Notes under the pieces: model-generated
The model's database searches: none
Told to the model about the DNA's origin: nothing
The model's input: only the letters and a program-made list of their open reading frames with translations
DNA from: Acanthaster planci
Lineage: Eukaryota
Direction: 5' to 3'
Length of the DNA: 62,000 nucleotides
NCBI RefSeq assembly: GCF_001949145.1
Contig: NW_019091404.1
Location: 310,001-372,000 of the forward strand
Position numbers and translations under genes: made by a program
In this document: piece by piece, positions 12,419-24,524 of the stretch
Position numbering within the stretch: the first letter of the stretch is position 1
Layout of the letters: every line of letters begins with the position of its first letter

Positions 12419-15400
12419 ATGGATCCGGTCGCTCACGTAACCTTGCTCCTGTTGATATCGACGAATCTAGCCTTTTCTCAAGAGCTTACAGGGCCGAACG
12501 TTTGCGCTGAAAGGTATGTTGCATTATAAAGTGTGATTTAAACACTTAGCTGTGATGAACAATATAACCAGATATCAATTTTTTCCCGGCACTCAGGAGT
12601 AATACAGACGAACCGTTAGCCAGTTTATTATAGCCGCGGTTGTTGCACCATGGAGAAATAATGGTTGCACTGAGTAAATAGGAACAACAGTCATTTAAAA
12701 AACTACATGTACGATGTATTTTCAACGTTTGGATGCACTTAAATTAGCTGCTGATATAAGAGTGGAATTTTCATTACATGACCACACTACCACCATCACA
12801 TTATTATTAATTCTCTTTTCAAAATTTCACTGGCAGTGCGGGTGTCAGTGACATCATATATAATTGAAATGAATTACAGCACCGGTAGTTTTCTGACGAT
12901 AAAATTACTGTCACTCAATTGGAGAGTGAATGATGACAGTCACTCCTCGTGGCTAATTTACGTCAATGTACTCGTAAAAACCAGTTTTCATTTGATACAG
13001 ACATCATGATCGCTCTCCAAATATCAAACGATGAAGCAAAAAGTGTGATTAATTCTATCATGTCTATTGTACATGAAGAAATAGGTTACCTTACTTACAG
13101 GGGCGGACCTGGGGGAAGAGGGTGGCCCATGTCCCCTTTCACCAAAATAAATAAATTATAAGTAAAACGAGAAGAAAAGGAGAGAGGGGCAAAAAAGGGG
13201 GAAGGTCCCAGCCCCATAAATGTGACAAAGATGGAGCAGGTGTTACACACACAATGGAACAGTGCGGTTACCGTTACCCAGTCTCCCTAATTTTACGGAT
13301 GTGACCCTAAAATCTTTAGTTTACCCCCCCTTTGCATGTAAACACAGTTTATTAAGAGCATGTGTTGTTTTCCTCTTTTTATAATAGATTTTTCCTGGCA
13401 TGAAACTTAAAATTAAACGTTAAGATATCACTAATGCCGCTTGCTGTAAACACCATAAATAATGGAGTGTCTGAATTGAAATGTTGTAAGGGCTTTTTCA
13501 ATATAACAACAAGCCCAAGACGAGACAAATTTATTGCAGTTAGGGCAAGTTAGAATCAATGCTAGAAACTCGAATTATCCCCGCGCCTGGAATGGAAACC
13601 AACCAAATCAACCGTCCAAACCAATCAAACCGCGCAACTGAACAGTAAATTTCCCTTTACTTCGAACACCTTTTTCGATGTGAAACGCAAGACTAGCGCG
13701 GTAAGGGTGGCAAACGAGCCGTTTTAATGTTTCGGCAGCCTGGACATTGTTAGCAATGCAAATTTCGGGGTTTTCAAGTTTATAAAAGACACAATTGCAT
13801 GAAAAGTTCAAAGTGCAGTCTCTTGTTCTACTGAGGACCTACATGTAAACCGACACTTGTCTATGTGTAAAACTATGAAGTATGCATGTTTTAAGAAAAC
13901 TTGGAAAATCATACTTGACTGTGTTATTTTCCTCATCTTTCTGAAGTGTCACTCGCAGGAAGACCAAACAAGTAGAACACACGACTTACACTTACAATTG
14001 CCAACTTGGCCAGCAGACATGCAGTGTTACACGGTATGTCTTTTAACCAAATAATAAAATAATTGGCAGATGAAATGTTTAGCGATATTCTGTTAATTTT
14101 TATTTAATTAAGTGTCCTTCGGCGTAGCATTGTTGAAATGCGTCATATTTTGGCAAGTAGTAAATGAACGCATCGATTCCGTTTCTTCTTTGGTAAAGGA
14201 GTATAACCGTCTATTACACAGACTACGAGTCTCGCCAGATTTGTTGTAAAGGATGGCTACGTAATGAGAGCAACTGCTTAACACGTGAGTTATTTGAAAC
14301 GAGGCATTTACTGTTATGTAAGTTTTTAAGCCAATTAGTCTGGAGAGCCCCTCGACAGGAATCTTTTTCTTTTGGGCAATCCATCGGGGACTGTTGGATT
14401 TTGTCCTTTGTTCCATCATGTACAAGTATGCTTTACTGTCTGTTTTGTTTAGCTGTGTTTCCCGAGAAATGAAAAAAATAAATAAATAAAATAATGTTGA
14501 TCTTTTTTAACTATCAGCTAGGGCAGGTTCTATGCAGATTATTACGTCCATTTTGCTTGCTTGCTCGTTCAGCTTGTCCACTCAAAACCTATGGACAAAA
14601 CTGCACTGGTACCTGCGACTGCACCTCAGCAAACAGCCACTGCGATCCCATTTACGGGTGTATTTGTGATACCGGGTGGAAACCTCCTAACTGCAGCCAG
14701 CCATGTGATTCTTATGCATACGGCTTCGCGTGTGCGAAGAACTGCACCTGTCTAAATGAAGCGACCTGTGATCCAGTAAACGGGTCTTGTTCCTGCACTC
14801 CTGGTTGGATGGATTCTGATTGCAGTAAGGCTTGTCCAGCTGATCGATTTGGGGCTAACTGTTTAGAGGAATGTTCCTGTGACACTGGTGTAACGTGTGA
14901 TCGTGTCACAGGTAACTGCATACTCCCGGAAGTCACCTCTGCAGCCCTGGAGGTCACAAACAACCCTGTAGAAGGTAGGACCATTCACATTGATCTGATC
15001 AATGGCAGACCTACTGGACTGAGATCAGTAAAAAAGGGTGAATGCCCTAAATTATACAGACAAAACGACAAAAAGCATCCTCAGCTCACATTTGAGAAGA
15101 ACAACCCCCTTGATATTTTGTGGATATTTTCCATCCGTCCTAAAAAAAGCACAATGAATTCTGGGCAGGTAAAGATTGAGTCAGGATCTTTCCTCTGAGT
15201 CCAAAACCATGCGTTGTGGTGATACTTTATCAGGTGAGAATTGCAGTTGAGTAGTATTTTACTGGTGATCCGTTTAACTTGAACTAGATTTTATTTTTAA
15301 AAGTACCCCCAAAGAACTGGTCAGCAAGACAGTGTACGGCTCCATCGGTATTGATCTTTCTAATTTTTAAAATATCAATAGCAATTTCCCTCGAATGAAC

Positions 15401-18400
15401 AAATTTCGGGGGAACTACCATTTGGATTCTTCATACTAGGGTTTCCAATTTATGAAACTTAATTGACTGTCATTATGATAATTACAGCTTGTGCGTCGTT
15501 GGTATTTCTTTATAATGGCATCGATGAAGGTAGAGGGCACTATTTGCTTAAAATCTTATTCTGGAACACTTTTCAACTTTCAAAGTATGTCTCTATTGCT
15601 AAACCCCCCTTTTATCTAAAATATTTTATTAATTTCGAAGCCAAATGAAGTGTGCGGCGGTTTTTACTTTAATGAACAAATAACGGTGTACGTCCGGCGC
15701 GGTTACTCCTGTTGACCACGAGTAGTATGCGTGCGCACCAGCTGCGTACCAGATCTCCGGCGAACTCTCACCCTTTCCTGTATTTAAAAATATGAAGCAA
15801 AAGAATCCGTATGAAGTTTAGATTGGAGTTTTCTCTTTGACAAACTTATCCATTTTTTAAATCGTATTAGACACACCCCAGGGAAAGTGTCAGTGCTATT
15901 GTGTTTAAAGTGTAGATGCTTTTCATTTCTGGAAAATGCATTTGAAAAGTTGGCGCACATTATTAATGGAGTCATCTCNCCCCATGCTTTCTGAGGTGGG
16001 GGATGGCCTATGGAATCATCTCCCACATTTGTGTGATAAGCACAACACATTAAGCGTGTTGTGAAGATTTTTTTCAATCCCATTCACGGATGTAGTTGTG
16101 AACAAATTTTGGATAAACTACCGTTTGGATTCTTCATACCAGGGTTTCCAATTTATAAAATTGACTGTCATTATGATAATTACAGCTGGTGCATCGTTGG
16201 TATTTCTTGATAATGGCATCGATGAAGGTAGAGGGCACAACTTACTTAAAATCTTATTCTGCAACTTTTTTCAACTTTCAAAGTATAGTTCTATTGCTAA
16301 ATCCCCCTTTTATCTAAACTATTTTATTGAATTGGAAGCCAAATGAAGTGCGGTTTTTATTTTAATGAACAAATAATGGTGTACGTCCGGCGCGGTTACT
16401 CTTGTTGACCACGAGTAGTATGCGTGCGCATTACGCTCGGGTCACATTTTACGAAGGGTTAAACGCAACGCAGCCATATCTCCATGCCGTGCCATTTCCA
16501 CGTTTCTGTTGGAATTCTCATGTCATTTAGAAATTATTTCCTTCACAAAGGTTAAAGTCAGTCTCGGTGACGCGAAACAAATTTCTCTTTGAGCAAGCAT
16601 GATGTCACTTATGGCAATTATGGCATTCTGTTCACAGAGTGACAGTTTGAACACAGTACCACTTGTCTTTCAAATTTTGAGCGGGCTGAAGCTAGCGGAT
16701 TATTTTTTGCTCGTAAGCGGTAGAAGTCGACAATGTTAACAAAAATTAGTCATTTCGACAAAAAACGTTAGTCCAGCTCTATATCTAAAATTAATGACCA
16801 ATTCAAATTAGTCAGACAGGCCAATGACTAAGTCATCTATTAGTCAAATTTGACCAGTGTCAGTCACTGTTGACTATAGTCTTGTCTTGGTTTAATGCCA
16901 TCGAGACCCGACGTACCTATATTACTCATTTTGATCATAAAATGGCTAACTTTTGTATACAGTGAATGGCTTCCCCTTTTCTACAATAAAGTGCATAATT
17001 CACCTTAGCCTACTACATGTATCTTCACGGTGTGAGAGCCTATTTTTAATGATCAATATTGAGAAAGGAGCGTTGAGCTTCTGTGGTGAGAGCAAACGGA
17101 ATTTCATATCCGACAGTTTTCGACATTGCCACCGCAATAACCAGAGATTCGGGAACAACATAACTTTTTCCCCCAATCTGGCGAAAAGAAATATGCACTT
17201 TAGTGTAGGCCTATTACGTAACAGCATATTGGTAGGCATGTGCATTTACATTTTGCATGCTGCATCTATTATTTCAAAGTATAATTACTAGTGTAGCGGT
17301 CCGGCCCCCGGCCGATTGCTCGGGGGCGGCGGTCCGTCCGCCACTGAAGGGGGAATTGGAGGTCAGGCAGGCAAAAAGAAGGTTCAGCAGGCACTGAAAG
17401 ACAAGGGTGTTCAAGCGGACTGGATTTTTTTAATTTCGCCATCACTATAATCACAACTGCTTGGACAATTAAAACCGGTGCTAATCTATGTGATTCCCGG
17501 TCAAGCCATCACGACGTCCATCCACCGAGTCGTCTCGCACAGCACTCCTTGCTCTCCCAAATAAACCATGGAAACCCGCCCAACTTCAGTGCCGCCAAAA
17601 AGTATCACGTTGTAGGCCACTTCCGGCCGACAGGCAAGACTTGTAGAAAATCCTTGTACTGTACATGTACATGTACATTCTGTGCACGTGGGCCCAATCA
17701 CGCCTTGAAGACGTGCACAAGGTTCAAAGGTCACACAATTCGTTAAATTAGATGGGGAATTCCCAGATCCCTACACTAGAGATTGGTTATTACTATAGAC
17801 TTTGACTAGTGTTTAAATGAGTCTCAGCGCGTGGTCTATTTTGAGGTGCACGGGGTGGAGCTGCGGACCAGAACTCTCACCCGTCCTGTGTTAAAAAAAT
17901 GAAGCAAAAGAAAATGTACGAAGTTGAGATTGGAATTTTCTCTTTGACACAATTATCTTTTTTAAAATCTGTAACAGACACACCCAGTGTCAGTGCTATT
18001 GTGTTTAAAGTGTAGATGCTTTTCATTTCTGGAAAATGCATTTGAAAAGTTGCCGCACATTAGGCCAAGTGAGCACATCACCGAAACCTGTACAGATTCC
18101 TGGTGGCTCTGTGATTTGATTTCTTACCAGATCATCGTCTCGTCATAATCATTGTTCCGTTGATTGTGGGTTTCGCTGTGATCCTCAGTGCAGTCGCTGG
18201 CATAATGGGACATGTCATCAGACGACTAAATCGGCGCTTTAGGGAGTGAGTATCACCCGCGTATCATTTCAGATAAGGTGTGGAAAAGTCATTTTTCCTC
18301 AGTGTGAACCATATCAAAAAAGCTGATCCCAGCAGGCCTATGAAAATCACGACCGGCCGACAATACAGCGCCGATGTAGTCGTTGACGTTGACAAAAATC

Positions 18401-20035
18401 ATAATATCATTCGTCTCATTCGAATAATTACCAGTTAAACTAAATATTCCCAGGAAATCCCAATTGACTTTAAGCAAACAATTCAAATCGGGTCGATGAG
18501 ACCAAACCCCCAAACGGTATAACCATATTTTCTAGGACAAAATCGCCAGAAACTGTTGTCATGCACAGACTGTATTTGAGTTGTTTTTTATTTAAGAGTT
18601 TAGAAAATCTTTGCTTTGTTCTGTTAACAGGTTGAAAAGAAAAACTGAAAAAGGAGAACACACTCGTGTGGCAGGTGATTATTATGCATGAATTTTCCTC
18701 CCCGCTGCAACTTTCATAATTATATAGAAAAATATGAAATATTTGTAGTCAAGGCAACATCATAAGATCTTGACTTTATATTACCAAAAAAGGATAGTGC
18801 GTAGTTATACCGAGGAACTACGTTTTCGACACCGTATTCAGTTGTAAGAGTGCTTAACAGTATTTTAGCTCGCACTTAAGTGTGTGGAGTGAATTCATCG
18901 TGGTTAATTCATTGAATACAAATTGTTCGACAACCACAGATGGCAACAACGCTTCCTCGTCTGGCAATTTTCCCAACGTGCTCTGGTCGCAGATAGCAGC
19001 ACATGATTTGGAGGAAAGAAATGTGGAATATGAAACAACAATCGGTCCCTCAGGTAGTGCTGTCGAGGCAGGGAGCCCCATTTATTTCGACGCGGACGAC
19101 AAAGAGACAGACCGCAGAGATTATGGTAAAACACCCGTGCATGTTTTATCACTAATAAACTTTAACAGTCAGGTGCGCCAGCAAAATGAGGTGACGTTGA
19201 TAACACACAACAAAAATCCTGTGGTGGTTTATTAATCCGGTTCTTAAGTGACTTCGTCACAAAGGCGGCAAGCTTAACGATTTGCAGGCTCCCATTGGAC
19301 GATCGCTGAAATTGCGCGTTAACTTCCGGTTCCATGGTTGACCGTAAACGGCGATCAATGCATGTAACTCTATGTGCAGTGCATGTGCAGTGGGCGTGGT
19401 TTAAACTGAAGTGACGTCACACTTACGAACCGGATAGGCCTACTCATTCGGTTGAACTTTGGAGAGTATTGTGTCAAGGGGAGTTACTGCTATCCATTCA
19501 GTGTAGCACTGGATACCGAAACTGAAGCCAAAGCCTACATGCATGTATAACATTAGATACTAAAAAATCCATCTAAACATGTGACAGTATCCCAAGACAT
19601 AAAGATGATACTTTACATTTAAAATGCAGTGAGCACCCATATTGAAGTGCTACACTCTAAAACGTCCGGGTCAGATTGACCCAGAATTGGGTCCCATCCG
19701 GTATAACCCTTTTCCGGGTCAAATTATGACCCAGAAAGGGTCAAATATGACCCAAAAAGGGTGAAATATGATCCGAAAGGGGGTCATATTTTGGCCCAGA
19801 GAAGAATTATACCGAATAAGACCCAATTCTGGGTCAATCTGACCCGGAAGTTTTTAGAGTGTAATTGAACGTGAATATCCGCTCTTCCAATGTCTGGAAA
19901 TGAATATTATCCCCCCTCTCTTTTGCATTCCATTCAGGGTCAAGAAGTAATCCAGGCAATTCCAAGACCCAAGGCTGCGCAGAGACGATGGATAATATCG
20001 AGCATACATATTTCATGCGAGATTTGGACGACTAA
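12419..20035 (+). CDS. Short MEGF10/Draper/CED-1-like EMI-EGF type I membrane receptor, paralog A (~370 aa)
   Basis: Eight phase-consistent exons: 12419-12513 (signal peptide, GPNVC), 13947-14033 and 14199-14284 (EMI domain ...NCQLGQQTC...YYTDYESRQICCKGW...NC), 14573-14974 (CED-1/laminin-type EGF repeats plus stalk), 18131-18245 (TM LVIIIVPLIVGFAVILSAVAGIMGHVI then RRLNRR), 18631-18674, 18940-19125, 19938-20035 (...EHTYFMRDLDD*). Total 1113 nt, open to the stop. Caveat: a single-N join at 15979 lies in intron 4. Confidence 0.88.
13350..13946 (+). repeat. Intron 1 segment homologous between the receptor paralogs (matches ~22440-23030)
   Basis: Shared strings such as AAGTTAGAATCAATGC.AGAAACTCGAATTATCCC and AAAGACACAATTGCATGAAA.GTTCAA. 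Confidence 0.85.
15394..18062. repeat. Intronic direct duplication: 15394-15962 repeats as 16097-16430 plus 17861-18062, with ~1.4 kb extra in the second copy
   Basis: Visible alignment of both blocks. A single N at 15979 separates the copies. Confidence 0.8.
19235..19435. mobile_element. MITE, family 3
   Basis: TIRs ATCCGGTTC(T/G)TAAGTG and CACTTACGAACCGGAT. An inverted copy lies at 37898-38097. Confidence 0.8.
19653..19861. mobile_element. MITE with CACT termini (EnSpm/CACTA-like, tentative) and internal repeats
   Basis: About 40-bp TIRs CACTCTAAAACGTCCGGGTCAGATTGACCCAGAATTGGGTC, flanked by TA. Internal ATGACCCA(G/A)AAAGGG-like repeats. Confidence 0.8.
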
Positions 20036-21703
20036 TAATCGATAACAGACTAAACAAACCATCCCTAATAAAAATCGTTTATGCATCTTTCGTGCTTTGA
20101 TTGTAACATCGTTTGCTCATCGGAATAGGCAAATAGTTTAACATTTTGTTAATTACTTAAGTATAGAAGAAAGTTATGCTTATAAATTTGTATAATAATT
20201 GTACATAACATGCATTGTTATTGTGGAGGGCTAATTGCCCTGTGTGGAAACACTCCTTGTAGATAACAAACTAATGTGCTGTTGCTCTTGTATTGGTGAT
20301 AGTCTCAACCAAACATAATGTTCAGCGTTTTTATAAATTGGGAGGGAAATAGGTTCCTTTTTTGTGTTTAATACTGGGGATTGTAACTCCTGATGAACTT
20401 AAACATTAAGTTTTGCTATTCGGTTCAGCCGAAGACCAGAAACAGACCGACAGTCGTTATCCGAAGACTCAAACTACTAACTTACTAGTTGATCTGCAAG
20501 TTGGGGATAAACAACAATTTGACGTGCACAAACCAGTACAAACTCTTCTGATTGCAAGAACAGGTTTGACATAAGACATTTTAGCCAGCTGCGCAAACCG
20601 TGACCATCCACATGTTCCTGGTTTATTTACTAGATCATGCATCTGGAAATATGTTGATTTACTGTATACATAGATTTCACGGCCTGCGTGCGCCATCTTT
20701 ATTTTCTGTATCAGTAGAAGGGAGTCTGTTGTATTTTGCTCTCTCTTTTGAAGATGGTGAAATAAACGCCAGTTTAACCAGATGGATTTTGTTTTGTGAT
20801 ATCTTTACGGTGAATAATTGAAAATACTTTCTCCAATGTTGTAGTGCTCTCGGTAGCCGAGATCTCGGAAACAAACATGTTTTGATGTGAAATACCACAC
20901 AGTTTATTTGTGTCAAGTTCGGGGAACTTGAACGAAAAGTTTTGAAATTATGTCAAGATAGTGTTAGGATCCCCCAAACAAACATTCACACCACTACCTC
21001 TTGGGGTCACTGCTGGCGTCATCATGATGCAAGGACAAGAGAGGTCATGCGTGTCAGTCTTCAGACATCATGTTTGCAACTTTTTAAGAAAATTGGCCAC
21101 AAAATGGGGAAAGGTGAAGCGGTTACACTTTACACGAGGTATGGCGGCCTGGGGGTCATGTCATTTATGCTTATGAATTTTGCATATTCATAAGCAAAAG
21201 AGGGATGTCATCGTGGGAAGAAAAAACTCAATGTTACGTTGGTTTGTGAAAAACAGAAACTAGTGAATTTCCTTTTCTTTTCTATTTCACTGTTACTCAA
21301 GTACATAGCAATGAGCCAGCGATCAGCCCCTTTTCCAGAAATATTTTCTGTAACTAAATTCCCCCTTCACAACGACGAAAACCTCTGTACAGAACTATAT
21401 CCGTAGTTGTCAACAACGCCCCCAATTGTTTAGTAAAGCAAGGGCGAATTGGAATGCCTAAAAAGTATCATTTTAAATCACTTAACCTAAATGGAGATAT
21501 GATAGTTTTAATACACGAAACACACGTATAAAATTTGAAAGAAAAAAATCATCTCGAAAAATAATTAACTGCTACCAAAGTAATATTATAAAAGGAGTAG
21601 AAATTGCATTCTTTGTTGCGTAATGCCAGTAAATATTTGGAGGGCGCCCTCTAGATTTTTGTTTGAAATCGGAGAATCACTCTTTAGTTCCTCTGTTGTC
21701 AGC

Positions 21704-24493
21704 ATGGACCGGTTTGCTCAGTGGTCGTTTCTCTTAATGATGTTGATAAATTTAGCCGATTTTCAAGAGCTCACTGGACCTAACGTTTGCGCTGAAAGGT
21801 ATGATGTCTGTTTTATCGAATTGTGTTTCAAAGTCCACTGTGTAACGTATTTCATCTTTTGCTACAACAAAGTATTTTGAGGATTTGTGAGCTTTACACT
21901 GTATGTGTGTATGTGAACACAGAATAGGGAGATCGAGTCTTTATACGGGGAGTTTTTGACAAGTTGGCTGGGTGGAGCTTCTTGTAACTTCTGTTTGGGC
22001 GGCGGTGCCCAGATGCTTTACATGCAAAGCTTGCGGTGAGACGCGCTAAATTAGAGGTGTAATTGTTGGGTCTCAAAGCAGCATAGCAATGATTGATATG
22101 ATTTTTGATCAGCCATTACAAGTGTATGAAATGGAGAGGCCAAGTGAAAGCCCCTTGATTTACTGGCTGAAGGCGTGAAAGGAGAATATCAGACGGAAAC
22201 GCTGATGGATTGAGGTTTTAACATTAATTGTCAAGTTAACTAGGATGAAACGCTTTCATGTAATAGTAACCTGTGAGGTTTCAAGTTTTAGTTTTATTAA
22301 TTCTGACTGAATTTTAAAAGTGTAGCACAGGAATCTGACTGAAAAGCTGATGGAATGTAAAGTTAACTAAGGTAGTAGTATTTGACTACCTGTAATTCTA
22401 ACGTAAGCGCACTTTATTAAAATCTTTCCTGTTGCATAAACAGATAAAGAGCACGTGTTTTTTGCGTCATTTCACAATCGATTGTTTTCCGGAATAAAAG
22501 TTTAAATTAAACTTTAAGATATTATTAATGCAGCTTGCTAAACACACCATAAAAGAATGGAGTGTCTGATTTGCTTTTTCAATGTTACATTAATTTCCCA
22601 AGGAGAAGAATTATCACAGTTAGGACAAGTTAGAATCAATGCAAGAAACTCGAATTATCCCAGCACCTGGAATGCAACTCGACCCACTCAACCGTCCCAA
22701 ACCAATCCAACATAAACTAGAATGTAATTTAACAGTACTTTTCCCTTTATTTGGCCCAGTTATTTCGATGTGAAGCGCAAGACGAGCCGGGTAACGGTGG
22801 CAAATGAGTCGTTTCAATGCTCCGGCAGCCTGGCGATCGAAAGGGTTTCAAATTAATGCTATAATAAAAGACACAATTGCATGAAATGTTCAAGTAGTCT
22901 CTTGTCCTAGGACCTATATGCAAACTGACATTTGTCGATGCGTAAACGCACTTACTATGAAGTGTACTTGTATTAAGAATATCTAGTTAAATCACACTTG
23001 ACTGCCTTATTTTCCTCATCTTTTCTGAAGTGTCACTCTCGGGAAGACTNNNNNNNNNNNNNNNNNNNNNNNNNNNNNNNNNNNNNNNNNNNNNNNNNNN
23101 NNNNNNNNNNNNNNNNNNNNNNNNNNNNNNNNNNNNNNNNNNNNNNNNNNNNNNNNNNNNNNNNNNNNNNNNNNNNNNNNNNNNNNNNNNNNNNNNNNNN
23201 NNNNNNNNNNNNNNNNNNNNNNNNNNNNNNNNNNNNNNNNNNNNNNNNNNNNNNNNNNNNNNNNNNNNNNNNNNNNNNNNNNNNNNNNNNNNNNNNNNNN
23301 NNNNNNNNNNNNNNNNNNNNNNNNNNNNNNNNNNNNNNNNNNNNNNNNNNNNNNNNNNNNNNNNNNNNNNNNNNNNNNNNNNNNNNNNNNNNNNNNNNNN
23401 NNNNNNNNNNNNNNNNNNNNNNNNNNNNNNNNNNNNNNNNNNNNNNNNNNNNNNNNNNNNNNNNNNNNNNNNNNNNNNNNNNNNNNNNNNNNNNNNNNNN
23501 NNNNNNNNNNNNNNNNNNNNNNNNNNNNNNNNNNNNNNNNNNNNNNNNNNNNNNNNNNNNNNNNNNNNNNNNNNNNNNNNNNNNNNNNNNNNNNNNNNNN
23601 NNNNNNNNNNNNNNNNNNNNNNNNNNNNNNNNNNNNNNNNNNNNNNNNNNNNNNNNNNNNNNNNNNNNNNNNNNNNNNNNNNNNNNNNNNNNNNNNNNNN
23701 NNNNNNNNNNNNNNNNNNNNNNNCTGGTACCTGCGACTGCACCTCAGCAAACAGCCACTGCGATCCCATTAACGGGTGTAGTTGTGATACCGGGTGGAAA
23801 CCTCCTAACTGCAGCGAGCCATGTGATTCTTATACATACGGCTTCGCGTGTGCGAAGAACTGCACCTGTCTAAATGAAGCGACCTGTGATCCGGTAAACG
23901 GGTCTTGTTCCTGCACTCCTGGTTGGATGGATCCTGATTGCAGTAAAGCTTGTCCAGCTGATCGATTTGGGGCTAACTGCTTGGACGAATGTTCCTGTGA
24001 TACTGGTGTAACGTGTGATCGTGTCACGGGAAACTGCACACTCTTGGAAATCACTTCTGCAGTTCCGGAGGCTACTAACGACCCTACTGAAGGTAGGACC
24101 ATTCACACTGATAATGAATGTAGTAGGCTTACAGTGTGGACAGAGTTTTTCCTGCTCGTCTCTGTATTCGGGGAAAAACAATCCAATTTCTCCGCGAGTT
24201 TACATGTACTCCACTCCATCTTAATGGATTATTTTTTATTATTTATTTTAAAAATTGTCTTGTGGCATGATCGAAACAAAATAAAACAAAACAGACAAAA
24301 AGAAAATCAAAAACAAAACAAAATCAAAAACTGGTTATTGGTTTTCACCTTTCAAAACGACTCAAAATCTTCGAGTCGTTATGGAAACGGAACTACGAAA
24401 ACATGAGTTGCGGAATACTGCTGTGTCAAATGAATAATACAGTTGTGCAACATTACTGGGGATCTGCACGTGTGACTGGAACAAGCTTTGTAA

Positions 24494-24524
<31 letters not shown>

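Noticed and set aside
13426..13553. Intronic reading ...ELKCCKGFF... resembling an EMI C-terminus
   Set aside because: Wrong splice phase, the motif is absent from the homologous paralog B intron, and the true EMI exons were found at 13947 and 14199.
19720..19800. Short repeats as a CRISPR-like array
   Set aside because: No unique spacers, the context is eukaryotic, and the repeats lie inside a TIR-bounded MITE.
20390..20420. CTGATGA followed by a hairpin as a second hammerhead ribozyme
   Set aside because: No GAAA follows the stem, so the catalytic core is incomplete.
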